Shown here in pieces: positions 17,548 through 28,157 of a DNA stretch of 64,000 bases (position 1 is the first letter of the stretch; each line of letters starts with the position of its first letter). This stretch comes from a virus: positions 64,001-128,000 of the IMG/VR virus record IMGVR_UViG_3300035182_000826; one strand, written 5' to 3'. A program made the position numbers and the translations under genes. The notes below the pieces were generated by a model. The model was not told the DNA's origin, did not search any database, and saw nothing but the letters and a program-made list of their open reading frames with translations.

Positions 17548-20307
17548 ATGGACGAAGAAATCCTAAAAACCCTTGAGAGCATCGAGGGGCTCCTGAAGAA
17601 GGCGTTGCCAGCAACGAGCAACAAGGAGCTGTACTCCAAGAAAACAGCTAACCAGAAGCAGGACAAAGTGACGCTGCGCGCAATGCGCGCTGTTGCCACA
17701 AACGCAAAGCAAGCAGCAGACGAGCTGTTGGGTGTGTCGTCAGAGTTGAAGGATTTGTCGTCAGAGCTTTCTGATACCACAAAGAACTTCAAAAGCCTGA
17801 ACACTTCAATCGCTGGGCTGATCAGCACTCTTGCGCAAGTCCCAGCGCCTGCTGAGCCAACAGCTCAAGCAGCCCCAACAAAGAATCCACAGCAAGGTGG
17901 CGTGCTTCGCGCAATCGCCAACATCCCTTCAATGCTCAAGGGCGCTGTACAGCGCGCCTTGACACCTAAACCTGCCGCCACGGCGGCTGCTCCAAACGCT
18001 GAACCAGCTCAAACAGACGCCGAGGTAGTGGAGGCAGTTGCGCCAGTGAATGCAGCAAGTAATGGTCTATTGAATGGATTGAAGAACCTTGGAAGTGGCA
18101 TCACAGCTATGACTGTTAGTGTGCTTTCAGCTGACAAAGCGTTCGCGAACATTGTCACTGCTGTGAAGATGGTCACTAAAGACTACTTCATGCTAGCACA
18201 AGTTGGTCTTGGGTCTGTTGAGAACCTAAAGTCGATGTCACTCGCAGCTATCAGATCAGGCATGTCATTGGAAGAGTACACGAAAATGATTCGTGGAAAC
18301 ACGGCTGTTGTGACACGTATGGCCAGCCTTGAGCAGTTTGATCAGATCACATCGGCAGCGAACAAACAACTGGCAGCTATTGGGGTATTTGGCGATGAAG
18401 CGAAAACGTTTCAGGCATCCCTAGCTAACAGTGCCACAGTCATGGGAACTCGAACAAGTGACTTAACACAGAGCATTGCTGGCCAAATCAACATATTTGA
18501 TGAGCTTCGTAAAACAACGAACATGACAGCGCAAGAGTTTGCGAATCTGGTTGAGAATCTGTCGCAGAACGGGCAGGTCCAAAATGAACTGCTCGGGTTG
18601 TCAGGCCAAGAGCGCCAAGCAAGACAGCGTGAGCTGCTCCAAACTGTCACCATCGGTCAGCGCATGGGTATGACAGCTGAGGCGTCTAAACAACTCGCTG
18701 ACGCACTGCTCGCTCAGCGAGCCGCGACTGTGAAAACCAGAATTGACCAAGGCGGTGTGCTGAGACAATTGGCTGCGTTCACTGGGAACGCAGCCGCTGG
18801 TGAAAGAGCAGCTCAGCTTAGCATGAAGGGACGGAACAGAACTGCTGCTGAAGAACAGGAATTCACCCAATTGCTTGGCACTTTCCAGCAATCATCTCAA
18901 CAGATGTATGAGAAGGGAACTCTTGGTACACAGAACGTGCTTGATCAATTGAACTCATCACTGGGCCAGAACGGCCTTGAGGGATTGATGAAAACTGCCG
19001 GTGAAGGCAGATTGGCCCAAGAGGCAGGTCCGGCCGGAGCTAACAAGGACTTTGGTAAGCATGTTGGAGAGTTCGGCCAGTTCGTTGGCCAACTGCTCGC
19101 TTGGACTAAAGGTATTACTGAAGGTATCACAGGTCCGCTCATTGTAGCACTAGGATCTGGCATTGCTTACATGTTCAAGAACCAAGTGTTCAGTGGTGTG
19201 AAATCAATCTTTAGCTCAGCAGGTAGCGCATTAAGCAGTGCCGCGGCTGGGGTGAGATCATTCATCAAAGGTATTTTGGAGCTGCCAAAAACGCTGATGT
19301 CGTATGGAGCAGATCTGATAAACATCTTCAAATCAAATGGCGCATTTGGTGTTCTCAAAACAGTTTTCACTGACACTGTTGGTGTTGTCAAGAACGGTTC
19401 ATCATTCTTGATTAATGGATTGCAAGGCCTTGTAAAGGCCTTCGGGCCGGCGGCCGCAATCATTGGCGGATTAGTTGAGGCGTTCACCGGTGAAATCAGC
19501 GAAGCACTTGATCCGGAAGGCGGCGTCTTTGCCAGAATTGGTGGCATCATCACAGCTGCAGTGACTGCCGTTCCGAATATGATCATTGACGCAATCTCCT
19601 TTGTGTTTGGTGACAACTTTGGTGTGATGGTGCAGAACATGTTCGATCGCGTTGTGGCTGGTGCGAACGCTGGTGTGAAGTACTTGTTGGGTGGGCTCAC
19701 CGGTGCTTTGCTTACACCGTTCAAAGCAATTCTGCCTAGTGACAGTGGTCTCGTGAAGACACTTGAGAGCTGGACTGATGGGTTGTTTAGCTCTGCTGAC
19801 AAGAACGCAGACACACTCATGAAACTGTCTGATGATCACACAAAGACACTGAAGTCAATTTCAGCCGAGAACACAAAGTCAGCCGAATCAACAGAGCAAT
19901 CAGCTAAGGATGCAACAGTAAAAGCCACAGCGGCCCAAGCAAAATTCAACAATGCCCAAATGGGCATGATGAATGCAGGTGCAATTCTTGGTGATGCTAA
20001 GGCAATTCTAGGCACTCCAGCACAAACAGCGCCTGTTGTGCCAACACAGCAAACGGCTCCTGAAGAGATAAATACCTCTAACCAACAGAACGCTCAACAA
20101 ACAAGTCAAACGACATCAGATCAAAGCACAACGCTAGTTTCTAATGTCATGAGTCAAAATACTGATGTGCTGAACAAGGTTTTGGTGGTTTTGCAAAACA
20201 TCTTAGTTGAAATTCAAAGTCAGGGGAATGAACTGCCATCTAGAGCAGTCTCATTCACTTCAGCTGAAACGTTGACTAACCAACTTCTGAGAAGAGATAC
20301 AGCATGA
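17548..20307 (+). CDS. tape-measure-like protein
   Basis: 919 aa, Ala/Gln-rich helical composition with Gly-rich hydrophobic segments; divergent from the gp26-like gene. Confidence 0.6.
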   Translation: MDEEILKTLESIEGLLKKALPATSNKELYSKKTANQKQDKVTLRAMRAVATNAKQAADELLGVSSELKDLSSELSDTTKNFKSLNTSIAGLISTLAQVPAPAEPTAQAAPTKNPQQGGVLRAIANIPSMLKGAVQRALTPKPAATAAAPNAEPAQTDAEVVEAVAPVNAASNGLLNGLKNLGSGITAMTVSVLSADKAFANIVTAVKMVTKDYFMLAQVGLGSVENLKSMSLAAIRSGMSLEEYTKMIRGNTAVVTRMASLEQFDQITSAANKQLAAIGVFGDEAKTFQASLANSATVMGTRTSDLTQSIAGQINIFDELRKTTNMTAQEFANLVENLSQNGQVQNELLGLSGQERQARQRELLQTVTIGQRMGMTAEASKQLADALLAQRAATVKTRIDQGGVLRQLAAFTGNAAAGERAAQLSMKGRNRTAAEEQEFTQLLGTFQQSSQQMYEKGTLGTQNVLDQLNSSLGQNGLEGLMKTAGEGRLAQEAGPAGANKDFGKHVGEFGQFVGQLLAWTKGITEGITGPLIVALGSGIAYMFKNQVFSGVKSIFSSAGSALSSAAAGVRSFIKGILELPKTLMSYGADLINIFKSNGAFGVLKTVFTDTVGVVKNGSSFLINGLQGLVKAFGPAAAIIGGLVEAFTGEISEALDPEGGVFARIGGIITAAVTAVPNMIIDAISFVFGDNFGVMVQNMFDRVVAGANAGVKYLLGGLTGALLTPFKAILPSDSGLVKTLESWTDGLFSSADKNADTLMKLSDDHTKTLKSISAENTKSAESTEQSAKDATVKATAAQAKFNNAQMGMMNAGAILGDAKAILGTPAQTAPVVPTQQTAPEEINTSNQQNAQQTSQTTSDQSTTLVSNVMSQNTDVLNKVLVVLQNILVEIQSQGNELPSRAVSFTSAETLTNQLLRRDTA

Positions 20308-22010
20308 GTCAAATGACCAGTTACTGGAAATTGATTGCCCCAGCAACGCGGAAAGAACTTTACACCGCGGTTGTTCAGGATCCATATGATCCAAGAGGTG
20401 GTGATCGAACAACCATGGCATCAGTGTCATGGTTCTCCCAGCTCATGAAGGGCCCTGGTAGTCGGATGGCGTCATATCGTCAGTACGATGCCATGGACAA
20501 TGACGTTGACATTGCGCGATCGCTCGACATCATTGCCGAGGAAATGTCATCTAAAGACGAGAAGACAGGTCTCCCTTTCATTATTGAATGGGAGAAGGAA
20601 GACAACCAAGATATTTCTGATACGACAATCGTCACAGTCCGAGCAGCGTTGAGACAGTTCTCACAGCTGCAAGATCTCAAAAAGCGAATTAGATCGACTG
20701 CACGACACTTGGTCAAGTATGGTGATTGCTTCTTCAGAAAGACGTCTGACACAAAGAAGTGGGTGCCAATTGACCCAATGCGAGTGGTTGGCATTCACGT
20801 TGATGAAGAAGGGAACAAAATCGCCTATGAGGTGAAGAAGTTCTCGGTGAAGCAAGCAAACTTTTATGGAACCTCAAGCGTTGAAGAAACGGAGACGATT
20901 CCAGCAGCCGCAATGATTCACTTCAGCATGGCTGATGATATGGGTGACTCAGCTATCTTTGGGCAGTCCATTTTGCGCCCAATCATGCGTGTGTATCGTC
21001 AGCTGACAATGCTGGAAGACGCGATCATGATCTACAAGATCGTGCGCGCCCCAGAACGCCGTGTGTTCTACATTGACGTTGGTAACATGAACCAAGCGCA
21101 AATCAAGCGCTACATGGAGTCGATCAAGATTGAAATGCGTCAGAAGCGCGTTCCTGGCACGCAAACATCTGGCTATAAAGACACAGTTGACGGTCAGTTG
21201 GACCCAATGTCGATGCAGGAAGACATCTTCTTCCCAGTTACTGCTGGTGGCAAGAGTGGCCGTGTTGAAACCCTGCCCGGTGGCTCAGAGGACTTTGGCA
21301 CAACACTGCTTCGTGAGTTCACAAACAAGATCTCAAGAGGTTTGAGAATCCCAACGTCTTACATGGGTTCTGGCGCAACTGCAGGTGGTGAAACTCCAGC
21401 ACAGTACAACGACGGTAAGGTTGGTATTGCGTACATTGAAGAACTCAGATTCGCCAAGTTCATCATGCATCTGCAAGAGCGTATGAATGATGTGTTCGAT
21501 CAAGAGTTCAAAGTGTATCTGAAGGTCTGTGGTTTGATCGTTGATGATGAAGTCTTCACGATCAGACTACCTGACCCTGCGAACTTCGCACTGTATCGTC
21601 AAGCTGCGCTTGACGCTGATCTGATTAACGCGTTCAAGAACATTGAAGACACCGATCTGCTGTCTAGACGCATGATTCTGAAGCGTTACCTTGGCCTGAC
21701 AGATGATGAAATCCAGATGAACGAAGTTCAGTTGAAGGAAGAGCGCAACCTCAAGGAAAACAGCAAGGTGCCTATGCTGCAGCAGTTGTATGACAAGAAC
21801 GTTAAGTTCCCAACTGTTACTGTTGATCCAAATGATACTGTTGATTCAAATGATACTGTTCCTGAAGAGGGCGCAGACACTGGTGAATTTGGTGATGAGG
21901 ACATGAGTAGAGCCCCTTCAGGGCTATTGAGTGGTGAAGGTGATCACCCTCCAGCAGACAATTCCGCTGGAGCCGAAGAAGCACCGCCAGCAGCTGAAGA
22001 AACCCCATAA
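20304..22010 (+). CDS. portal protein (T4 gp20-like)
   Basis: LEDAIMIYKIVRAPERRVFYIDVGNM, SMQEDIFFP, VETLPGG, ELRFAKFI. Confidence 0.95.
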   Translation: MSQMTSYWKLIAPATRKELYTAVVQDPYDPRGGDRTTMASVSWFSQLMKGPGSRMASYRQYDAMDNDVDIARSLDIIAEEMSSKDEKTGLPFIIEWEKEDNQDISDTTIVTVRAALRQFSQLQDLKKRIRSTARHLVKYGDCFFRKTSDTKKWVPIDPMRVVGIHVDEEGNKIAYEVKKFSVKQANFYGTSSVEETETIPAAAMIHFSMADDMGDSAIFGQSILRPIMRVYRQLTMLEDAIMIYKIVRAPERRVFYIDVGNMNQAQIKRYMESIKIEMRQKRVPGTQTSGYKDTVDGQLDPMSMQEDIFFPVTAGGKSGRVETLPGGSEDFGTTLLREFTNKISRGLRIPTSYMGSGATAGGETPAQYNDGKVGIAYIEELRFAKFIMHLQERMNDVFDQEFKVYLKVCGLIVDDEVFTIRLPDPANFALYRQAALDADLINAFKNIEDTDLLSRRMILKRYLGLTDDEIQMNEVQLKEERNLKENSKVPMLQQLYDKNVKFPTVTVDPNDTVDSNDTVPEEGADTGEFGDEDMSRAPSGLLSGEGDHPPADNSAGAEEAPPAAEETP

Positions 22011-22043
22011 TCGGTAAATAGCCCATTAGTGAAAGGATCACAC

Positions 22044-22661
22044 ATGTCAGAAAAGCTAATTCTTAGCGAAATGCTTACACCTATCAGTGCTTGCATCACT
22101 GAATCAAAGGACCAAACTGGTGCTTTGTACATGTCAGGCATCATGATGCAAGCGGCTATCAGGAACGGAAATGGCCGTGTTTACCCTGTGAATGAAATCA
22201 GGCGTGCTGTTGATGAATGCAACGCAAAGCTGAGCAAGGGTGTTTTCATTATGGGTGAGTTGAACCACCCTGATTCATTGCAGATAAATCTTGCAAATGT
22301 TTCTCACGCCATTACTGAAATCAGAATGGATGGAAACAACGCAATTGGCAAGATGCGTCTGCTGAATACACCAAGTGGCCAGATTGCTCGCGCGATCATG
22401 GAAGGTGGTGTGAAACTTGGCGTGTCTTCACGTGGTACTGGTGCCGTGAATGAGAGCGGCGAGGTTTCAGACTTTTCATTCGTCACGATGGACATTGTGT
22501 CGGTTCCATCGGCACCTGATGCAATGCCAAATCTGGTGACCGAGGCACTTGGGTCAAAGAAGATTATGACTCTCGCTGAGGCGGTTGTGAATGATCCAAA
22601 GGCTCAGAAGTATTTCAGAAAAGAAATCTTTAATCTAATCGACGTGATCACAAAGCGCTGA
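22044..22661 (+). CDS. prohead protease (T4 gp21-like)
   Basis: NGNGRVYP, GELNHP, GVSSRGTG, DIVSVPSAPDA. Confidence 0.95.
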   Translation: MSEKLILSEMLTPISACITESKDQTGALYMSGIMMQAAIRNGNGRVYPVNEIRRAVDECNAKLSKGVFIMGELNHPDSLQINLANVSHAITEIRMDGNNAIGKMRLLNTPSGQIARAIMEGGVKLGVSSRGTGAVNESGEVSDFSFVTMDIVSVPSAPDAMPNLVTEALGSKKIMTLAEAVVNDPKAQKYFRKEIFNLIDVITKR

Positions 22662-22703
22662 TTCGACGCTGACGACGCTATATATTCTTGAAAGGAGATA
22701 CTT

Positions 22704-22859
22704 GTGGAAGACCAAAAAGAAATTCTGAAATCTATGCTCAAGAATGTCATCGCTGGCAATGAACAAGAGGCTGCTGATGAGCTGCAAACTTACTTGCTAG
22801 TTAAGTCACGCGAGACTCTAGGAGTTGAGGCTGAATCTCAACAAGCTAGCGCTGATTAA
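22704..22859 (+). CDS. small prohead core protein (gp67-like), not in the ORF track
   Basis: AGGAG at 22693, GTG start, 51 aa MEDQKEILKSMLKNVIAGNEQEAADELQTYLLVKSRE... Confidence 0.6.
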   Translation: MEDQKEILKSMLKNVIAGNEQEAADELQTYLLVKSRETLGVEAESQQASAD

Positions 22860-22863
22860 CAAT

Positions 22864-22902
22864 ATAACCCACCAAAAAGTGCACAATTTTTGGTGGGTTA
22901 TC
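22864..22902. promoter_or_regulatory. long inverted repeat upstream of the scaffold promoter
   Basis: ATAACCCACCAAAAA...TTTTTGGTGGGTTAT followed by TAAATA at 22914. Confidence 0.55.
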
Positions 22903-22913
22903 TTGCATCTGCG

Positions 22914-22919
22914 TAAATA
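22914..22919 (+). promoter_or_regulatory. late promoter motif TAAATA (representative site)
   Basis: Also at 444, 5118, 11654, 14469, 17497, 22015, 26599, 30886, 33461, 35414, 39407, 42728, 43360, 45262, 47066, 47638, 48176, 52957, 58479; on the minus strand at 11626, 17517, 33450, 52712, 56250. Confidence 0.8.
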
Positions 22920-22992
22920 CCACACCGAAACATGTTTTTAACATGCCACGGAATTTAGGAACATCGGGCAACCGATAAAAAAGGAGATAGCT

Positions 22993-23877
22993 ATGGACGA
23001 AATCCTAAAGAAGCTGCTTCAAACTGATCTTCTCAACGAAGAAACCAAGCAGCAAATCTCCGAACAATGGACAAAGGCAGTTGAAACCTTCAAGCAGCAA
23101 GTGCGCGAAGAAACAACGTTGGAAGTTCGTTCGGAGCTTGCTGAACAATGGATTCAAGAACGTGATGATCTGGTCTCGAAGGTAGATGCACTGGTTGCTC
23201 AAACCCTTGAGAATGAGCTAAGCGAGCTTCATGAAGAAATTGAACGCGCACGCACCCAAGAGGTTCGTTACGCTGAACAGCTTATCGAGCAAAAGCGTGA
23301 AATGGCTGAGCAAGTTGACGAAGAGCTTGATCGCCTCGTTGACAATATCGATAGCTTCTTCACACAGCGCCTCGAAGAAGAATTTGCAGAGCTCAATGAA
23401 GATCTCGCATTTGCACGTCAGAACGCCGTTGGCATGAAGATCTACGAAGCCTTTGCTTCTACCTTCGCTCAAGTCAATCGCAATGATGACAGCGCATCTT
23501 CTAAGGCACTTCGCTTGGAAGCACGTGTTGCTGAATTGGAAGAAGCTCTCACTGAATCTGAACAACAACGTCTGCAAGCAGCACGTACTGTTCAGATGGA
23601 AAAGCTACTTGGTAATTTGGCCGGCCAAAAGCGCGAACAAATGGAAATGCTTCTCCGTGGCGTTGAAACTAGCCGCCTGGAAGAATCATACAAGTATTTC
23701 ATTGGTAAGGTTCTGAAGGAAGATAAGCAGCAAGCTACCCAAGCAGCTACTACTCTGTCTGAAGGTCTTTCCACCCGTAAGACTACGCTTGTGACTGGTA
23801 ATACTCAACTAGCGGAATCTGTTCAAGGCGATGACTTCGCCGAAAATCTGAAGCGCCTTGCAGGCCTCAAGAAGTAA
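22993..23877 (+). CDS. prohead scaffold (T4 gp22-like)
   Basis: Acidic coiled coil between the protease and major capsid genes. Confidence 0.88.
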   Translation: MDEILKKLLQTDLLNEETKQQISEQWTKAVETFKQQVREETTLEVRSELAEQWIQERDDLVSKVDALVAQTLENELSELHEEIERARTQEVRYAEQLIEQKREMAEQVDEELDRLVDNIDSFFTQRLEEEFAELNEDLAFARQNAVGMKIYEAFASTFAQVNRNDDSASSKALRLEARVAELEEALTESEQQRLQAARTVQMEKLLGNLAGQKREQMEMLLRGVETSRLEESYKYFIGKVLKEDKQQATQAATTLSEGLSTRKTTLVTGNTQLAESVQGDDFAENLKRLAGLKK

Positions 23878-23901
23878 CCTGTCAACTTTTAGGAGACACT
23901 C

Positions 23902-25182
23902 ATGAATCTATTCGAACAAAAGCAATGGGATTCCGGTAAGGAAATCATGCTCGAGGGCCTGGAAGGTACCAAGCGTGACGTTGTTGCAATCCTTATGGAA
24001 AACCAACGTAAGCACCTGATGGAAACAGCCGCAGCTACTGCTGTTGACAGCACTGCAATCGGCAACTTCCAGAAGATCGCAATCCCAATGATCCGCCGTA
24101 TCATCCCTGGCACTCTGTCTACTGACCTGGTTGGTGTTCAGCCAATGCCTGGTCCAGTCAGCCTGGTGTACTCAATGCGTTTCGCCTTTGGTGAATCCGC
24201 TGACGGTAACGGCAGTGCTTCAAACGACATCACCGCTGGTGACGAAGTCTTTGCTAACAACAGCAAGATGAAGCGCTTCTACTCAACCGCTAACGTTGGC
24301 ACAACTGGCTACCCACCAGCTCTGACAGCCACAACTTCAACTGGTCTTGCTGCCAACACAGCTGACTATGAAGGTTACGGCGGTCGTGCAATGCGCCTCT
24401 CAGTGTTGAAGCAAACCATCACTGCTGGCTCACGTAAGTTGCAAGCTCGTTGGACCATGGAAGCTGCTCAAGACATGAGCGCACAACACGGTCTGAACCT
24501 CGAGAACGAACTGACAGCTGCTTTGTCAGCCCAGATCGCTCACGAAATCGACAACGAAATTCTGACTGACCTGTTGGCTCTCGCTGGCACGGCTTCTACC
24601 TATGACTTTGCAGCAGCCCCAGCTGGCTTCGCTCCAAACTTCATCGGTGACCGCTACGCTGAACTTGGTATCCTTGTGAACAAGCTCGCTAACGAAATCG
24701 GTGCTAAGACCCGTAAGGATCCAGGTAACTGGCTCGTCGGTTCACACCTCATCACCTCTATCCTGCAATCAGCATCGAAGTCTGTCTTCGCACCAACCGT
24801 GCAAGGTAACTTCTCTGATCCAACAGGAAACAAGATGGTTGGTGTCCTGAACGGTCGCATCAAGGTCTATTCTTACAACTGGGGTCTGAACGATGCTTGG
24901 TCATTCGACCCAGCTAACGTTGCAACCGCTACCGGTACAACTGGTGAAGACATCCTGATCGGTCTGAAGGGTGGCAACAGCGAACTCGACGCTGGCTACT
25001 TCTACTGCCCATACATCCCATTGGTTTCTTCCAATGTGGTCATGGATGCAAATACCTTCTCACCAGCAGTTTCGCTGATGACCAGATACGGTAAGGCAAC
25101 CTTCACCAACACCTCAACATCCCTCGGCAACAGTGCAGATTATTACGCTCGCGTCCGTGTGATGAACATCAGCTTCAGCTGA
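23902..25182 (+). CDS. major capsid protein (T4 gp23-like)
   Basis: IPMIRRIIP, VGVQPMPGP, SRKLQARWTMEAAQD, EIDNEI, YCPYIPL, LMTRYG. Confidence 0.97.
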   Translation: MNLFEQKQWDSGKEIMLEGLEGTKRDVVAILMENQRKHLMETAAATAVDSTAIGNFQKIAIPMIRRIIPGTLSTDLVGVQPMPGPVSLVYSMRFAFGESADGNGSASNDITAGDEVFANNSKMKRFYSTANVGTTGYPPALTATTSTGLAANTADYEGYGGRAMRLSVLKQTITAGSRKLQARWTMEAAQDMSAQHGLNLENELTAALSAQIAHEIDNEILTDLLALAGTASTYDFAAAPAGFAPNFIGDRYAELGILVNKLANEIGAKTRKDPGNWLVGSHLITSILQSASKSVFAPTVQGNFSDPTGNKMVGVLNGRIKVYSYNWGLNDAWSFDPANVATATGTTGEDILIGLKGGNSELDAGYFYCPYIPLVSSNVVMDANTFSPAVSLMTRYGKATFTNTSTSLGNSADYYARVRVMNISFS

Positions 25183-25214
25183 TCGTAAGTTGTTGCTCTG
25201 CAACAACTTTTTAT

Positions 25215-25238
25215 AAAGGGGACCATTGGTCCCCTTTT
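25215..25238 (+). terminator. intrinsic terminator after the capsid gene
   Basis: AAAGGGGACCA-T-TGGTCCCCTTTT. Confidence 0.85.
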
Positions 25239-25311
25239 CTATTTCTCTGATTCCCAATCACCATAATAATACGCGCAGTTTCTGATTACAATAAATACCT
25301 TGGAGGTTTTT

Positions 25312-26601
25312 ATGGCAATGAAACGACTGCGTGTTTGCGCGCAATGTAAGACAGAAGAATACACCTTCTCAAAGTCTGAAGTATGTGCTACTTGCGTATT
25401 AGAAAACAAACGCAGTGAGCAACTTGCTTTTGAAAAGCGCACGCTAGAGTCATATGGGTATAAGGTAATTTCAGGACCAACTGTAGATGCACACAACCAT
25501 CGAAAATGGAAAGTCATAACACCATGTTGTGGACAAGAATATGAGCCACTTTTCATTAGTGTTCAGGCAATGATGGATCGTCGCGGCCGGCCTCCATGTA
25601 ACCATTGTGGTGGCAAAGAGCGAATGAGTAAGGCGCTTGACGCTTATGTTGAGCGATACGGTGTAAATTATGATCCGCGTGCGTTTAAAGATTACACCTC
25701 AATCGTGAGAAAAGTAAGTGAAATCTCTTACGCTAGTTGGCGGCACCTCATAAATCCTGAAGGTGTTACTAGAGGTCAGCATGATTGGCATTTGGACCAC
25801 AAGGTTCCAATTAGTTGGTGTTTCAAGAACGGAATCTCTCCTTATCACGTTGGTTTGTTTACCAATCTGCAAATGCTGCTTGGTGCTGAGAACATTTCTA
25901 AACATGACAAGGTGCCAGAAAATGTGAATGATATTCTTTACGGCAATGTCTTGAATGTCTTAAGTTATCACACCCCCGTTTTTCAGGTGGGCCGATTAAA
26001 TCTATGGCCGCATGATCTTCATAAAACAGAGGTCGTAAACTCAATGTTGGCGTACAGACTAGGGTTTACAAGAAAGCTAAATGCTCGTGACTTAGAGATT
26101 AAGGAAGTGCCAAAGTCAATGGCAAAATTGTTTCTAGATAAGAATCATCTGGCTGGTGTTGCAGGCTGCTCATATGCTTTAGGTTTATTTGAAAGCAATC
26201 AGCTAGTGATGTTGGTGACACTTGGAAAGCCAAGGTTTTCATCAAAGGCAGATCTGGAAGTGGTTAGACTAGCCGTTGCTAGCGGAACATCAATTCGTGG
26301 TGGCGCAAGCAAACTTTTCAGCTTTATCAAGAAAGAGCTGAATTGCTCAATCTTGACTTATTCAGATAAGCTTGTTGGATCGGGGGCCGTGTATAAGTTA
26401 TCAGGGTTTGAACTCGACGGTGAAACTGGCCCCGGTTATTTTTGGGAACGACGCGGTGAAATCTTAAGCAGGTATGAATCTCAAAAACATAAGCTAGCCA
26501 CAATGGAAAACTTTGATCCATCTAAATCTGAATCTGTTATTATGGAAGAAGCTGGCTGGAGAAAGGTGCTGACACCTGGAAATTTGCGTTGGATATTGTA
26601 A
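25312..26601 (+). CDS. Hef-like homing endonuclease (Zn ribbons, HNH, C-terminal Hef domain)
   Basis: CxxC pairs, HLDHKVP..NLQML..ENISK, ARDLEIKEV, FLDKNHL.G, GGASKL, TYSD, YESQKHKL; AT-richer than its flanks. Confidence 0.75.
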   Translation: MAMKRLRVCAQCKTEEYTFSKSEVCATCVLENKRSEQLAFEKRTLESYGYKVISGPTVDAHNHRKWKVITPCCGQEYEPLFISVQAMMDRRGRPPCNHCGGKERMSKALDAYVERYGVNYDPRAFKDYTSIVRKVSEISYASWRHLINPEGVTRGQHDWHLDHKVPISWCFKNGISPYHVGLFTNLQMLLGAENISKHDKVPENVNDILYGNVLNVLSYHTPVFQVGRLNLWPHDLHKTEVVNSMLAYRLGFTRKLNARDLEIKEVPKSMAKLFLDKNHLAGVAGCSYALGLFESNQLVMLVTLGKPRFSSKADLEVVRLAVASGTSIRGGASKLFSFIKKELNCSILTYSDKLVGSGAVYKLSGFELDGETGPGYFWERRGEILSRYESQKHKLATMENFDPSKSESVIMEEAGWRKVLTPGNLRWIL

Positions 26602-26620
26602 ATACGGCACGGGGGATGCC

Positions 26621-26974
26621 ATGTCGCAATTCAAATTACTGTTCGAAGCAACTAGCAAGTGGGCGCCAATGCCATCTAAGGAAAACCATGCATCATGGTA
26701 CAACCTCAGTGAAGGCGTTGTAAAGCGTGATGGCGAAAATGAGACTTATCGCGCTAGACCTGGCTGGCCAGAAGAAAAGCCAGCAGCTCCAGCAGCTAAG
26801 CAGAAGCCAACTGGCTTTGAGACAAGAATCAAGAACTTGGCCAAGGCAGCTAATGTGTCTGAAACCGAGGTTCTGAACATTTACACTGATGAACATGAGA
26901 AAGCGCAGCACATTGACAAGAGCCGCCGAGCTCAGTTCATTTGGGCCGCCGTAAAAAGACGACTTGGCGTCTAA
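26621..26974 (+). CDS. hypothetical protein, putative head-packaged
   Basis: TAAATA at 26599; starts MSQFKLLFEA. Confidence 0.7.
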   Translation: MSQFKLLFEATSKWAPMPSKENHASWYNLSEGVVKRDGENETYRARPGWPEEKPAAPAAKQKPTGFETRIKNLAKAANVSETEVLNIYTDEHEKAQHIDKSRRAQFIWAAVKRRLGV

Positions 26975-27043
26975 AGTGTGTTTGGTCCATCAAGCCCTGA
27001 AGAACTCGCAAGAATGGCTTCTGGCTTGAAGTCACGGAAAGAC

Positions 27044-27068
27044 AAAGGGGCTCAGTGAGCCCCCTTTT
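27044..27068 (+). terminator. intrinsic terminator
   Basis: AAAGGGGCTCA-G-TGAGCCCCCTTTT. Confidence 0.8.
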
Positions 27069-27124
27069 CTTTTTGTCCCGTGCGAAAAGTAATCCTCTGC
27101 CTTGTGCAGGTGTATGATTCACAA

Positions 27125-27430
27125 ATGAAGAGCACTTACACTGTTAGATTGTCATCTCACAAAATGGCGATTCTTGATACGGTGGATTACTACGGCCGTG
27201 GCCGTATCATCACCAGAATCAATGTGCCTGTTGAATTCACTGGTAAAGGTCATGGACGAGACCTTCTGGCGCAGGTCATCGCGGATGCTGATCGAGACGG
27301 GGTGACGTTGTTCCTGGAAATCTTCAGTACAGGAGCGATGTTATATGATGAGCTTGAGGCATGGTATATGCGTCATGGTTTCAAGCGGTGGAAGGGTGTG
27401 TACAGACGGGTTCCTGAGGTGAAGAAATGA
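27125..27430 (+). CDS. GNAT-family N-acetyltransferase
   Basis: INVPVEFTGKGHGRDLL (acetyl-CoA motif A), WYMRHGF. Confidence 0.8.
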   Translation: MKSTYTVRLSSHKMAILDTVDYYGRGRIITRINVPVEFTGKGHGRDLLAQVIADADRDGVTLFLEIFSTGAMLYDELEAWYMRHGFKRWKGVYRRVPEVKK

Positions 27431-27876
27431 AACTGAAGAACGTCAAGAACACGAGAGGCGCCGTCCAAGTCCGGCGGCCGCGAAACCTTCAGCAAACAAA
27501 GATGTCACTTGTTTCTCGGATCGCCAATGAGACACGTATCTGGGCTGAACGCACGAACGAAAAGCTTGACGATCCATTTGATTCAAATCTAACGGGCATG
27601 TGTGCGATCGCCGCGGCACGCCTGTTCCTGAATCTGCAAAAAGAAAAGATTGATGCACGGATCGTTGCGAACAATCTTCACTGCTTTGTGACATGTGATG
27701 ACATTGTGGTTGACGTGACTGCATCGCAATTTGGCTATTCTGATGTCACGGTCATCAAGCGCGATATCGCAGAAAAGATCGACCATTGGAAGACAGTGCA
27801 TGTCTTTGAAGATGTTGATGCACTTGTGAAGTGGCAACTTGATTCCCGTTGGCCGCCGAACCAGATTGCTGACTAA
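27427..27876 (+). CDS. papain/transglutaminase-fold hypothetical protein
   Basis: Cys-His-Asp order: GMCAIAA...HCFV...VDVTASQF. Confidence 0.5.
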   Translation: MKLKNVKNTRGAVQVRRPRNLQQTKMSLVSRIANETRIWAERTNEKLDDPFDSNLTGMCAIAAARLFLNLQKEKIDARIVANNLHCFVTCDDIVVDVTASQFGYSDVTVIKRDIAEKIDHWKTVHVFEDVDALVKWQLDSRWPPNQIAD

Positions 27877-27894
27877 ACACTTCCATAGGAGTGA

Positions 27895-28116
27895 TTCAAG
27901 TTCATCAAGAACTTCGACGCATACCCGTTTGACGTTGAAATCAGGGGCGAATTCTCCGTGTACTTGTAGAACTGGATCGTGTTCTGGCCGTTCTACCTGA
28001 TCGATCTTTTCATTGGCCGAGGCCTGCGTGAATGGTCAAGGCGGATTTCCACCCACTTTGGCAAGATCTTCCAGTACATGCTGGACTCATCTGCCTCGTC
28101 CAAGTTCAAGAGCTAA
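27895..28116 (+). pseudogene. membrane-protein gene fragment
   Basis: FKFIKNFD...YL*NWIVFWPFYLIDLFIGRGLREW...KFKS; no start codon, internal TAG. Confidence 0.5.
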
Positions 28117-28134
28117 TCCATCACAATCAGGATT

Positions 28135-28157
28135 AAAAGGGCCATTTGGCCCTTTTC
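28135..28157 (+). terminator. intrinsic terminator
   Basis: AAAAGGGCCA-TT-TGGCCCTTTT. Confidence 0.8.
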
